This document shows positions 34,831 to 48,732 of a stretch of 57,388 nt of DNA, in pieces. How positions within the stretch are numbered: position 1 is the first letter of the stretch; each line of letters begins with the position of its first letter. A program made the position numbers and the translations under genes. Source of the DNA: Vitrella brassicaformis CCMP3155 (Eukaryota > Protista > Chromerida); contig CDMY01000527.1 in the NCBI GenBank assembly GCA_001179505.1, forward strand, positions 1-57,388, in the 5' to 3' direction. A model generated the notes under the pieces. The model did not search any database and had not been told where the DNA came from. It saw only the letters and a program-made list of their open reading frames with translations.

Positions 34831-36019
34831 ACTGTGGTGGCATTGGGCCGGCCACTCAATTAGTGGTGTTTGCTGGCGGTGTGCTGGGCGTGGAGGATTC
34901 CCTCTATCAGTCGGTCTGATGCTGCCGGAGATGGATTAATCAGCTGAAAGGTGAGGGCGAGTGAAGAGGAAGGATGTGGGCAGGGGAGAGGAGGAGGGAG
35001 GCAGCCCAGATGATTCTAAAATCAATCAATAGGTCGAGATTGAGGATGGGTGTGCTGAGTGAATGCATCCGTCCACTGACAACACGTGGCACAAATGATG
35101 GGCAGAGACACACAGACAAGACAGAGAGACAGACAGACAGACAGCCGCACAGCTAGACTGCATGATGTGAGCAGCTCAGGTCAGCTCACACTTGGTGTTG
35201 GTGTGTTGGTCATCGGTGTGCGTTGCAGGCAGTAGCTTCACGTGTGGAATGGAAGACCCTGAGCCTGTGTATGTATGCGCATCCGTGTGCTGGTGCGGAC
35301 AGTATAGTGATGTTCTCTTGTGTGAAGTGCTAAGTCTGTGCTCGATGGACGACGGCATGGCATTGATTGGCGATCTCAAGGTGGGGTTGTAGCCGACGTG
35401 GCGACACGCACATGAGACACGTACTTAGGTCGCTACGTATTGCACTGTCACGCATCCGGCCTAACAGGACAGCAACCATTGGTCGTCCCGCCCTGCCTGT
35501 CTCTATGGCCTGTCTGTCTCACGTGTGTGGGGATGGATGGATGTGGATGGCATCGAGTACGGCCCACAAACGCACAGCACAGAGCCCAAGACACAACACA
35601 CACTGAAAAAGAAACCCGCCACTCACCAGCCATGCAGCCAAATCCCCCCAGTCACTAACCGCCTTCTTCCCTGCCTTGCCATCCAACACCTCATGGCATG
35701 GCAACACCCCAGGAAAATAGACCCACGGAAAAAGAGCAGCCCGTCTGTTCTCCATTCTCTATTCCTCACCCATTGCACTATGCCGTCCTGGCTCACATGT
35801 AAGTGTCGGATGCAACCACGGCATCGATCTATGGCTTATACACAGACGGTAGCCCAACACACAGGGTACAGCGACAAAGAGACTCATAGCTCGCCAGCCT
35901 TGCAGGCAAAACTGCTGTGGACGACACGAAATGGAGCAACCCGAAAAACCAGCCACTTCTACCTGTTATTCGTACCGTGAAAGCCCTTTTACCGCCATGC
36001 CCCCATCCCCTCCTTACCC

Positions 36020-37269
36020 TCATGCCCCCAAAGCCGCCTTCAGGATTAGCTCTTGCTCCAGCCAGTAATTGATGTCTCCATGGTGCGCTCCGTCTGCTCC
36101 CTCCACTCGCTTGCCATAAGCCGCTGCGTGCAAAGGGGGCGGTGCATCCTCGGTGTGGGTCTCGATGTCCATCTGGAGAATGTCGATGAGGCCATATTGC
36201 ATCCAGGTATACCGGTACCATGAAGGATTTTCCAATGCCGTCTCGAGCAGCTGTGTCACCTTCTCTCTGGTGTTCGGAGCGGCGTGGCTGCCGTGAAGGG
36301 ATGGCTTTTTGAGCAGCTGTGTCTCCAGTACTGCCGCCCTCTCCCGGTGATAGATAGGGAGCCAGTGCCGATGGTGGACTCCTGGTCTTGTGAGCGTGAA
36401 TGCTGCCGAGTCGTAAGTCGGGACGCCCGCCGCGCAGGCCTGCTTCAGCATCTTTACCCACTTGTTTTGCTCCAGGGCGGACGAGCATTGTAACACCATC
36501 TTGTGGCCTTCTGCGCGACTATATATTTGGTGGAGACTGCAAGACAACACGACAGCAGAAGAGAGAAACCAAATTTCAAATCAGCCCCACCATTTGTCGT
36601 GTCAAGATGTCTTTGTCTGCCCTTACACATCCGATTCGACAGTGGATAGATCAACGCGTCCCTCTGCTGTGTCTTCCGTGAGGCGATACTTGCGGCGGTC
36701 GTCCTTACAAGGCCGAAAGACCAGGATGGCATGGGAAAGGTTCCGATAGAAAGGCCGCTCGATCACGCACAGCTTCCTGGTGAGCTGGCACATACACAGT
36801 GTCATACACACAGACAAACACACACAAACAGAATCACAGACGCACAAAGCAGATGCCACCTGACCCTGTACCTGCACGCTCTTCCATTTCGTAGGTCTAT
36901 TGGGGTTGCACCAGCCGAGGACGTCACGGTCTGCACGAAGAAGAGAAACACACCAGTGTACACAGACCTGACGCAGCCCTGCGATGCAGAGGGCTCACGA
37001 AGGATGGCGTGGAGCGGCTCCTTGACTCCGAATGCCCGGGCGAAGGCGCATGTCGAAGGGGTCGTGAAGATCCCGTATTCGGTGGACCAGGGGGGCGGCA
37101 GGTCTGGGTCCTCTTGGAAGGGGAGGGGGTGTTCGTCGTGGTGGACGGGTGGGATCTCATGGATGGCTTCCTCCTCGTCGGTGGAGAGAGGGGGCGAGGG
37201 GCGGTGGGGCTCATCCAGATCCAGGTGGGTCCGGTGCGAGGCCGACACCAAAGGGTTGACGTGAGTCAT
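36020..37269 (-). CDS. PH-domain protein with an uncharacterised C-terminal domain
   Basis: Exons 37269-36872, 36777-36627 and 36536-36020 splice in frame. KMVLQCSSALEQNKWVKMLKQA is a typical PH terminal strand-helix. Confidence 0.7.
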
Positions 37270-37710
37270 TCTGACGATGATTCACGGACGGGTGAGCCGT
37301 GAACGGGATGAAAGCACTCGAAGACCAGCGCGAGCTTGAAATTGGGGGCGATGCGGGCCAAAGCGTTCTTTTGTCGTGTGTTGGCCACCCTCAGCGATTC
37401 ACCGGTCAATTCACAAGCAAGTCCGTGACCAAATGATAATCACACCCATCCACGCCGCCAGACTCACACACCAACAGCACCATGGATGAGGCGGCCCGAC
37501 ACGGCATAGATGAGGGGGCCATCAGCAAGGGCTTCAACAGCCATCTGGGCAATGCAGACTATGAGTTTGGTGGGTGGCAGCAGGTGGGTGGCACCCCGCA
37601 TCAAGTGAGAGGGAGGGAGCGAGGGAGGGAGGCTGTGTGCGTGTGTATGCGTCGACAGGCAGACTCTCAGTGTTGTCCGTGTTTATCTGGCCAGCCTGAC
37701 TGTGTGATTG

Positions 37711-40273
37711 ATGACTCATTGCGTGATTCAAGTTGTCTGTGGTGCTGCGAGATTGAAAGAGAATGCGTCAGACAATCCACCATGCACACAGGCAGGCAGG
37801 CAGCAGACAGCCAGTCAATTGCCCATTCAACCGTGCCATCAACAATACAGCACAGCCGTGCACCCCACACCCACGCGCAGCATCCATCCACACGTGGGGA
37901 GTCGCCGGTTGTTCTCTTGACCGATCAAAAAGCTGTTCCACAGCCACCATGCACCACGGCACGCACACCCCACAGACAGCATGAGTGTGAAATGATGCAC
38001 GCAAACGTCTTACCGTGCCAGCCATCGACTCACTACGGTGGGCGCCCTCATCGGTGGGCGGCGGAAAAACGTGTCGCAAGAAGTCGTCACTCGCACGATC
38101 CCCACAGAGAATGAGTATCGCGTCGTCCCGATTGTCACGGGTCAGGCCGTCGAATCCCCTTTCGTCAGCCTTGTGCGCCTTGCGGCAGCCCCACACGACA
38201 TTGTGACTGAGCGCACATATGAGCTTGTCTGCGAGTTGATGCTGCTCGGAGAGTGAGAGGAAGCTGTCAGGGGTCAGTTGATAGGGGCGAGGCCCAGTGG
38301 GCGCATGGGCGACGAGATATAGGATGGAGTCCGTGAACGAAGAGTAGATGTAATACAGTCCTATTGACAGACAGTCAGGCGCACGAGAAGAGCAAACAGT
38401 GAGTGATGTGCTTTGTCTTTTCTCCGGCTTTTTTCGATTGGTCTCTCACGTTTGGTGGGCGGATCAGATTGGTAGACGGAGACGGTGGCAATCTCATCCG
38501 TGAGGGTGGCCCTCAGTGCTTCAGCCGCATCCTTCACCTACATAACGCGGCACATCACCTGGTCGCCACCATGTTGACCTTTTCTCACCTTGCCATTTGC
38601 GCTGTGGATAAGAGGAAAGAGCACTGAATCCTTTCCCCCAGCGCCAAGCAGCTGGTGGAGCGCCTTTCTCTGCTGGCCATCGAGTCGCTCGGCGAGCGCC
38701 GCCAAGGTCGCCATGTCGTCCAGCACGCGAGCCTCCTCTTGCTGACAGACAGAGGACAGCAGTCAGGTGGCACGAGTGCGACGGACGCAGTTGTACGTAC
38801 CTCATTGCTCGGACATAGGGTGAGAGAATGTCGGAATGGCCAACGAGGGATCCCTTTAACTCTTCGATCCGCATCGACAGCTGCTCCGGTGGCAAGGCAG
38901 CCAACGCTCGGACCTGACATACATATCAGTCCAATCAAGCACACTGATTGACACGTCTGATCTGTGCGCCGTGCGTGTATTCTTTGGCTGGCTACAGCGC
39001 CATATTACCTGACGGCCAAGGCACCCTACAACAGTCCCTTTGGCGGCGTCGGCAAGGTGTTCACTTCCCTTCTTCATGGCCGCCGCCGCCCTTGCTGCGC
39101 CGCTGAAGGGAAGGTGCGCTGCCATCAGCGCCTCGATGGGGAGGAAAGTCAGCAGCTGCCGGTGCGACCCAACGGCCTCTCCCAAATCGTCCTGGCCGTT
39201 GGTGGTACGCTGCAGATGCAGGCAGAGGCCCGGCACCAATCTGTGGATGAGAAGGGAGAGCTGGCGGACTGCCGGTGGCCGAGAGTCAAACAGTGCCCGA
39301 CTGCCGACTTGCCGCAGATCGCCGGGTGCGACGATAATGGGTAGAGAGGGAATGATGCGGCTGTTCTTGAGGTAATAGATGAGCTGAACAGTCCGCTCCC
39401 AGCTGCCGCTCCCCTCAATGATGTGCAGCAGACGCAACAGATACTCCGCACGGCCCATCGGCATCTCTGACTTGATTCCCCTCACCCAGTTGCCGAATAG
39501 TGGCACGACTATAAGTACCGCCACGTTAAAACCAACGAAGGACGCGTATATCGACACACAACGGTCAACCGCGACGCTCAGGTCACCGCTGAAGATCCCC
39601 CTGACGTGGTCGACCAGCAATTCCTTCCAATTGATCATCAGCATCATCACCACCACCACCAGAAAGCCAACACGGCCGATGACAAAGCGTCCAGCCGCGT
39701 TAATGTTGAGGAGGGCAAACATTGTGTCCGTGATGGAGCCGCCCGGAAGCAGCCACCAGCCACCAATCACTACCCCACTCGCCAACAGGAATCCAGCCCA
39801 AGAAGCGAGCCACTCGCACGACGGCCTGAGGTCCGTGAGCTCCTTGCACGTGGCGGCCACCACAGGATGGAGGTCGAGAAGCATCACAGACACCAAAACG
39901 ATGAGTGGGAATAACTTGGCAAGACACGCCGACAGGCCGCTGCAGACGGCCGTGGCGAAATGCAGCAGGAATGCCAGGGTCGTCGTGGGGGGCTTCCTGT
40001 AGACCAGCACGCCGCTGAGTCCCTTGTTGTGGATGGCATCGTCGAGGCGGCGCGTCAGATAGCCCTCGCTGATGAGATGGCAGCCGCCGCATTTTGATGT
40101 AGCCCGCAAAACACCGCAGCTCGTGACTCCGAAATTTCGCTTGAGCTCCCGTCCGACATCATCAGGCAGACGGCTCAGATGAGGCTCGATAGCGGTCATC
40201 GTCCTGGAATCCGCCTGGCCGGCCCGCTGATCAATCTGACTCTCACACGGTAGATCACGCTTATATCATGGCC
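37711..40273. repeat. Diverged direct duplication of 44744-47894
   Basis: Colinear homology in both coding and flanking DNA. This copy lacks about 550 bp. Confidence 0.9.
38081..40199 (-). pseudogene. F-box-like family gene with multi-TM insert, C-terminus deleted
   Basis: LSRLPDDVGREL..LRATSK, hydrophobic insert, MGRAEYLLRLLHIIEGSGSW..LPIIVAPGDL..RQLSLLIHRL. The last exon stops at RASDDF, where the paralog continues to TTETP..RFPRT. Confidence 0.65.
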
Positions 40274-40701
40274 TGTTGACTTTTTTTCGGTGCTATGAGT
40301 CCACGGGCTAGCAGCAGCGGTTTCAGGGAACACCCTAGGCGGCCTGACTATCTGTCTGGGCTGCACAGCGAACGAGTGCACGAGTGAATAATTCTGATTG
40401 ACAATCGATCTCACTGGACTCCATGGACGAAGTAGGTGGTGTGGCTGCCTGTCCGGTGGTTTGATTGAAAGCATGGATGGACAACTACATAGAAAAGGAG
40501 ACATACATGCGTGTCTGAACTCGAACGACACAGTGATGAGTGCGCTGCATGCCAAGTCCGGCGTCATGCACCCAGATTGGCGTGAACTCACAGGCCCTCA
40601 CTCAACGGACAAATACGGACACGCATCGTGCCAACCGGCCCACAAAGCCAGGCCAGTATAGCATGTCGTAGAGCTAATAAAAGCTCTGCACTCACTCTAA
40701 C

Positions 40702-43700
40702 TCACTCCGGGGGCAGCAGCCGCACCTCTCTCACATCGTCAGCAAAGACGGCATCCGCCCCACACGCAGGGCAGCGCAGCTGTGCGTACCGCCTCACCTC
40801 CTCAGGCACGGGCCGCCCCTCGCCCTCCAGCCGCTCCTTCGTCGCCTTGGCTCGCTCATGCCGCGATCTCCAGTCGTGCCAGCAGCCCTCGCAGAGACAC
40901 TGCTGACGGCAGGGGAAGAATGTGACGACGGGGGGGTCGCGGCACGCCACGCAGCCGCCGCCGATGCCGTCCCGCCGCTCTTTGTCCTCAAGACGGGCCT
41001 CCGTCTTGTGGGCGTCCTTCGAGAGGGCCTGCAGCTCCTGCTGCCGTGCCAGCACCTGATGCTTGAAGGCCTCAATGGCATCGGGCGATGAAAGGGAGAA
41101 GAGACGGTCCTCAGTCAACCTGATAGACACACACATACGGGATGGACCGATGAATAGATTGGTGGGTGAGAGTGTGGTTTGTATTGATGGTGTGCGCCGA
41201 CCCACCTGGTAGCAGCTTTCTGTTGGAGGTCTTGGAACTCTCGCTCGAGCGGCGCAGTGGCCTTGGCGGCTTCGGCACATTCACGCTCAAGCGATGGGAG
41301 CGACGCAGACAACCTACAAAGAAAAGCATGGACCATCCATCCGTCCGTCCATCCGTCCATGTGTGTGGCTTGGTTGAGTGGCGCCTGTTTCACCCACTCA
41401 CTTGTTGATGTCTCTGTTGATGCTGTCAAGCATGTGTTGCAGCTGGTCGGCGTCATCGATGGTTGATGGGTCCTCGAGCGATACAGATGCAGATGCCGGT
41501 GCAGAAGAGCTGGGTGGATGAAAGGTATACACACAGGACGTGGCCGTTTCCTTCCTCCGTTTTTTACGGTCCACCCGCCTTGTGGAGGTGGCCAGTCCGA
41601 TGCGGCTCCGCTGTGTGGCCGCTGTGGGCTGTGTGCTCTTTTTGCCGGCCAGCATCAGCAGCTCCCCCAGCCGCTTTGCCTCCCTGCTGATCTTGGCGTC
41701 GAACTTACGCACCTCTTCCGATGTCGTCAAGGACAGCAACACTGCCCGGCTCAAACTGCAGACGGACAGAGGGACACACATGCATGTCGCGAATGGACAC
41801 ACTGCGATCCCTCCCTCCACTCGTTCGCTTACTCAGGTGTGACGTAGTGGAGTCTTCTGATGGCCTCTCTGAGCTCCTTCTGCCGGCACAGCGCACGCTG
41901 ATGTGAGGCCTCCAAGCCGGCAACAGTCGACTGAAGCCTGATGGGTGGATCGATGGATGGCATACAAATAGATGGATGCACGCGCTCTTGTCCTCTGGCT
42001 GGCCAATTGTGTGTTGGTTGACCTGTGTTTCTCTTTGACGGCCTCACGCACGGTAGCCCGAAGCTGATCAAAAGGCGAAGGAGTACCCTCATCTGCCGCC
42101 ATGCCTGCCTGTTTTTGCAGTGCAGGGTCCTCTGCGCCTTGTGCGTGCTGCACATGGGCTGAGGACGACTCGCTCTCAACACACCTGACCCACTCATCCA
42201 CACATGACAGGATCACACATGAGGGGGCGATGCCTCGTAAGCTTGTTGCTGCGTACGGTGAGTCGCCCGAGGTGTCGGGTGTCGATGGCGCTGTGGCGGC
42301 GGCATCGCCAGAGGGTCCCGTCAGCTTGCCTTTCTTCTTGTTTTTGGCTTTGGCTTTGGACTTGTTCTTCTTGCCGCCTGGGCCGCTGTTGGTGGTGCTG
42401 GTGTCCTTCCCATCGCCGCCCTCTAGCTCTTTGACGAGGAGCGCATCCATCCGCTCGTTCTCCCTCGACTCAATCGAATCGAAGAGCTCCAGCACCTGCA
42501 ATGAAAAAAACACGTACATACGTGCACATGCACATGGAGGGCTATTCCCAGCCCACGGACCTGCTTCAGAACGTTTGTTTGCGTCGTCTTGCCGCCGCGT
42601 TTGCCGTGCTGCTGCTTGGCGGAGCGGATTCTCTTGACTGACGGCAACTGAGGAGAGGAGGCAAGACAGCAGCAAGCCAGAGATGCAGCGACGCCTCTTA
42701 CGGACCTGCAGGATGTGACTCGTGACAGAGTTCTGTGGCGAGCTGCGGCTGATCTTCCCCTCGCTGTACCTGCAAGGCAACGGAATGCTCACACTGATTG
42801 CCCCGTGCCTACCATGCACACCATGCAATCAATACCTGACGAGGTCCTCCAGGATGTCAGAGCAGGTGGTGACGGAACCTTCGGGGAGGGCGATGGCGCC
42901 CTCAGCGTGCCGCACCAACAAACTGCAGACGGCCTCAGGCACGCCCTGTTTCAACAGCGACTGCAAACAGGGGAAGGAGGGATGAATGAGTAGGCCCTTG
43001 TCTGTCTGTCTGTCTATCTCGCCCATTCACTGACCTGCGAGTAGCCCTTCCCGCGGAAGGGCACGATGACGAGCTCGATCACCTTGGCGGCGTCAATCCC
43101 GTCATGTTTGACCAGAAACGTCACACATGTGGCAACAAATCCTGCCTCCACCAGTGCCCCGAGTTGATCCACCTCTGCAAAGGGCACAGCACCATTTTTG
43201 TGTCTGTGCGTGCGCGTGTGTGTTTACTGGCGAGGCAGAAAGCGACATGGAGCAGAAAGCTGAGATCGGTGATGCCCCTGTCGAGGAATCGACACTGCGC
43301 CGCCTTGGACAAGCACCACAATGCAAGCGGCGCGTCCAGCAGGCGGCGAATCGGCCCGTCTGGCTGGAGGATTGTGTCGACACGACTGTCAGGAATGCCC
43401 ACAGCTGCAGGCACACATACACACAAGAATATCGAAATATCGACCCGCCCTGACACACACACAAGAGTTCGTTCGAACTTGTCTTACGGAGCTGGAGTGG
43501 AATTGGGTTCACCGCCAGCCAGGCGATGTAGTTGAGACAGAAGGTCGCCTCTAGCCTGGACAGATGAGGCGCCGCGGCATCCTCCAGCTCGCTGATATGA
43601 GACGCCGCGGCACCCTCCAGTACGCCGATGCATCGATCGATCTGTGGATAAAGGTGCTGCTTGACCGCCAAATCATACTCGTGTATCAGAGCATCGCTCC

Positions 43701-44560
43701 TGTCTGCACACACACACATACGCGCAAAAAGACAAAGGCAGATGGACGAACACAGGGCTTGTGGTTACATACCATTTGAGAAGACAGCTGCCGCACAAGC
43801 AGAAATGCACTCCCGCAGGCGGCCGGCCGGTTTCGGTCTTGGCATTTCAGCGACTGTACCGACCAGCTGCAAAAACAGCGACGGGTGCACCGGTGTGCGG
43901 TGGTCGGCAGGCGTGAGCACGGTGACCAAAAAATTGACCGCTGCCTCCTGCGTCCATCATACGTACGCACATAGAAGTATGGGGGAACCCGTGCGGTGTC
44001 TGTTGGTGTGTACTCGCACCTACCTCGTCAATATGAGCGTCCTCGGAGAAATTGCGCAATACTTCCAGCAGCCGCTGTGCCTCGCCGATGAAGCCCTTAT
44101 GGCCAGCCAAAAGTGTGTCGCGATGCGCCTCGTCCATCTTGACCGCCTCTTCGAGGAGCATGAACATGACCGCCCCGGTAGTACTGGATAACTTGAGAGG
44201 CTCTCTGCAACCCCGAGGGCAGTCTCGAAGCATGTGACACATCTCGTCGAAGGAGCCGGCCAGAGAGAGCATCAGCTGACAGGTCCTCCGAAGCCGAACG
44301 AAACACAAGGCCAGCATCACAACGTAGGCGACGGTGCAGTCAGCTGATTCGCACCACGTCTGGAAGACGCAACGAAGGTGGGGCTCCACAAACCCAACGT
44401 CCAGCTGATGACGGACATCTTTATCGGCGGATGACTGAGTGATATACTTCCGCACGTAGAACAGCTGCTGCTCCAGCTTGCCTCTGTCAGTGGTGGTGAG
44501 CAGGGCTGACAGGACGGCATCCAGGGGTGGCAGATCCGTCGCATCATCCAGCTCGCTCAT
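40702..44560 (-). CDS. ARM-like helical repeat / coiled-coil / C-terminal RING-HC protein (putative E3 ligase)
   Basis: About 12 exons from MSELDDATDLPPLD to CVACRDPPVVTFFPCRQQCLCEGC..CPAC..LLPPE-stop. Coiled-coil segments precede the RING. Confidence 0.72.
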
Positions 44561-44708
44561 CCCTTCGACAAAGCAGCAAGATCTAGTAGCCAGATCTGAG
44601 GGAGCAGTGACGTTAGGCGACCGCTGGGTCGGCGGCGTTCCGGTTCCGGCGTTAGGAAAAGGGAGGGGAAAGGAGAGAACGAACGCCGTCCTCCGAACCC
44701 TGGACTTT

Positions 44709-44722
44709 AAACCCTAACCCTA
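44709..44722. promoter_or_regulatory. Telomere-like / telo-box motif upstream of the RING gene
   Basis: AAACCCTAACCCTA about 150 bp 5' of the ATG at 44560. Confidence 0.35.
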
Positions 44723-45538
44723 GCGCTTCTTAATGATGGCATGAATGACTCATTGCACAAATGGCCGGCCATGACTTGGCACATTAATTGATTGTCTGTG
44801 GTGCTGGGAGATGGGCAGAGAATCCGTCGGAGAATCCATCAGCACTCATGATCTGGCAGGCAGCAGGCAGCAGACAGACGGACAGCCAGCCAACCATTCA
44901 ACCGTGCCATCAACAACAACATCGACCAAAGAAATTGCATCCACAAGCCAGTCGATTGACGCATACACGTACGCACACTCATGCCTAAACAACAGGCATG
45001 CACCTGACCGGCACGACAGGCACACGCAGCATCCATTCATCTGTGGGTTTTCCCCGGCTGTCTTGACTTTTTCACAAAACTGTTCCAAAGGCACGCAACG
45101 TCTTGCCGTCCCATGATCGGTGGGCGGCGGAAAAACATGTCGAAAAGCCGTCGACCCATACGCGAGAAAGGAGAGACACGAGAGAGAGAGAGAGAGAGAG
45201 AGAGGCAGGGAGAGAGAGGCGGGGAGAAGAAGTAGCCTAGCGCAGCTAAAGAAGCGACACATACCCTGTCATCCCACACACACACACACACACACACATA
45301 CATATAGACAAATAGCTTACCTTACAGATGGATCGGTCGACTTACACAAATATACGTAAAGCACACATACATACGTACAGCACAAACAGACATTGTGTCG
45401 CATCGCTAGGCCCAGAGAAACCACGTCAGCCGCACAGGATTGAAACGACCACCTGCAATCATCCACCGGCTATCAAGAGAGTTCCCATGGTCCCTTTTGT
45501 CGGCCGCCGTACCTGTTCTGTCTGTTTGACATGAGGGT

Positions 45539-47822
45539 CTATGCTTCCAGCTTGTCGCGGATGAGCGCTGCCGTTCGAGGGAAGCGCTGCTGTGTGCAAC
45601 GCTTGCTGCCCGCAGGGGTCTCCGTAGTGAAGATCTCGAAGCTGAGTGTCTGGCACGTCGCGTAATCGCGACGCACGACCCACAAAGAGGCAGCGAAGTC
45701 GTCACGCGCACGCTCCCCGCAGAGAATGACTATCGCTTCGTCACGATTGTCACGGGTCAGGCCGTCAAATGCCCTTTCGTCAGCCTTGTGCGCCTTGCGG
45801 CAGTCCAACACGACATTGTGAATGAGCGCAAATCTCAGCTTGCCTGCGAGTTGATGCTGCTCAGAGGGCGAGAGGAAGCTGTCAGGGGTCAGCTTGTAGG
45901 GGCGAGGCGCAGTAGGCGCATGGGCGACGAGATATAGGATGAAGTCCGTGAAAGAAGAGTAGATGTAATTGAGTCCTAGAGACAGACAGTCAGGCGCACG
46001 AGAAGAGCAAACAGTGAGTGATGTGCTTTGTCTTTTCTCCGGCTTTTTTCGATTGGTCTCTCACGTTTGGTGGGCGGATCAGATTGGTAGACGGAGAGGG
46101 TGGCAATCTCATCCGTGAGGGTTCCTTTCAGCGCAGCTGCCGCATCCTTGACCTACATAACGCGACACATCCATCACCTCGTCGCCACCATGTTGACCTT
46201 TTCTCACCTTGACGTTTGCGCTGTGGATAAGAGGAAAGAGCACTGAATCCTTTCCCCCAGCGCCAAGCAGCTGGTGGAGCGCCTTTCTCTGCTGGCCATC
46301 GAGTCGCTCGGCGAGCGCCGCCAAGGTCGCCATGTCGTCCAGCACGCGAGCCTCCTCCTGCGGACAGACAGAGGACAGCAGCTGTCAGATGGCACGAGTG
46401 CGACGGACGCACTTGTACGTACCTCATTGCAGCTCGGACAGTAGGGTGAGAGAATGTCGGCATTGCCAATGAGGGATCCCTTGAACTCCAGTATTCGCAT
46501 CGACAGCTGCTCCGGTGGCAAGGCAGCCAACGCTCGGACCTAACACAATTGTCCGAGCAATCAAGCACACTGATTGACGCGTCTGATCTGTGCGCCGTGC
46601 GTGTATTCTTTGGCTGGCTACAGCGTCATATTACCTGACGGCCAAGGCACCCCATCACAGTCCCTTTGGCGGCGTCGGCAAGGTGTTCACTTCCCTTCTT
46701 CATGGCCGCCGCCGCCCTTGCTGCGCCGCTGAAGGGAAGGTGCGCTGGCATCAGCGCCTCGATGGGGAGGAAAGTCAGCAGCTGCCGGCCCGGCCCAACC
46801 CACTCTCCCAAATCGTCCTGGCCGTTGGTGGTACGCTGCAGATGCAGGCAGAGGCCCGGCACCAATCTGTGGATGAGAAGGGAGAGCTGGCGGACTGCCG
46901 GTGGCCGAGAGTCAAACAGTGCCCGACTGCCGACTTGTCGCAGGTCAGCCGGTGCGACGATAATGGGTAGAGAGGGAATGATGCGGCTGTTCTTGAGGTA
47001 ATAGATGAGCTGAACAGTCCGCTCCCAGCTGCCGCTCCCCTCAATGATGTGCAGCAGACGCAACAGATACTCCGCACGGCCCATCGGCATCTCTGACTTG
47101 ATTCCCCTCACCAAGTTGCTGACTAGTGGCAGGACTATAAGTGCCGCATTGTAATAAACAAAGAAGGACGCGAAAAGCGACACACAGCGGTCAACCGCGC
47201 CGCTGCGGTCACCGCTGAAGATCCCCCTGACGTGGTCGGCCAGCGATTCCTTCCAATTGACCATCCTTATCGCCACCACCAACACCAGACAGCCCACACG
47301 GCCGCAGACAAACCGTCCAGCCGCGCTAGCATTTTGGAGGGCAAACACCGTGTCCATAACGGAGCCGCCCGGAAGCATCCACCAGCCACCAATCACGACC
47401 CCACTCGCCAACAGAAATCGAGACCAAGAAGCGAGCCACTCGCACGACCACCCGCCCGTGAGCTCCCTGCACGTGGCGGCCGCCACAGGGCGGAGGTCGA
47501 GAAGCACCACAGCTACCAAGACGATGAGTGGGAACAACTTGGCAAGACCCGCCGACAGGCCGCTGCAGACGGCCGTGGCGAAGTGCAGCAGGAACGTCAG
47601 GGTCGTCGTGGGGGGCTTCTTGTAGGCCAGCACCCCGCTGAGTCCCTGGTTGTGGATGGCATCGTCGAGGTGGCGCGTCAGGTAGCACTCGCTGATGAGA
47701 TGGCAGCCGCCGCATTTTGATGTAGCCCGCAAAACACCGCAGTTGGCGGCCGACAGATTACCCTTGAGCTCCCGACCGACATCATCAGGCAGACGGCTCA
47801 GATGAGGCTCGATTGCGGTCAT
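45539..47822 (-). CDS. F-box-like family gene with multi-TM insert, apparently complete
   Basis: First exon 47822 to ~46635. Later exons include SFTDFILYLVAHAP and DDFAASLW..TTETPAG..RFPRTAALIRDKLEA-stop, matching the family C-terminus at 13.1 and 54.7 kb. Confidence 0.7.
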
Positions 47823-48732
47823 CGCCCTGGAATCCGCCGGGCCGGGCCGCTGATCAATCTGACTCTCACACGGTAGATGACGCTTATATCATGGCTGATG
47901 TGCTGACGCCTCACCTTCTCCNNNNNNNNNNNNNNNNNNNNNNNNNNNNNNNNNNNNNNNNNNNNNNNNNNNNNNNNNNNNNNNNNNNNNNNNNNNNNNN
48001 NNNNNNNNNNNNNNNNNNNNNNNNNNNNNNNNNNNNNNNNNNNNNNNNNNNNNNNNNNNNNNNNNNNNNNNNNNNNNNNNNNNNNNNNNNNNNNNNNNNN
48101 NNNNNNNNNNNNNNNNNNNNNNNNNNNNNNNNNNNNNNNNNNNNNNNNNNNNNNNNNNNNNNNNNNNNNNNNNNNNNNNNNNNNNNNNNNNNNNNNNNNN
48201 NNNNNNNNNNNNNNNNNNNNNCCCCCCCCCCCCCCCCCGTGCTGCGAGCTTCACGTTGGCATCTGCGAGCTTAGCTCCTTCGCGAGAAATGGAAAAGAGA
48301 TAATGGGAAGGCGGCTGGACTATGGACGACCTCTGCTGATGACGTGGAGAGTGAGCGAGATGACCGCCCCGGACCGTGACGCAGAGAGCTTCCCCGGCGC
48401 CTCAAGCTCCCTGTGGAAGCGATTGAATCCATCGGTGATGCGTGCAAACCTTGTTTCTCAAGTCGTGTGTTGCCTACCCTCAGCGGTCCACGGACCAATT
48501 CGAAACGAGTCAGTCACAAATGCAGCATCATGCACTCACACGCCCACCAACCAATGGACTAGTCAGCTACCGACTAAGGCACAAAATGGATACACACACG
48601 GCACACCGCATCACATCGCTGTCTGTCTGTCTGTCTGTCTGTCTCAGTGTCTCATTGAGCTCACAAATACGATTAATGGACACACGAACACACACACACA
48701 CACACACGTCAATTCGGTCATCAGCCAGTCAT

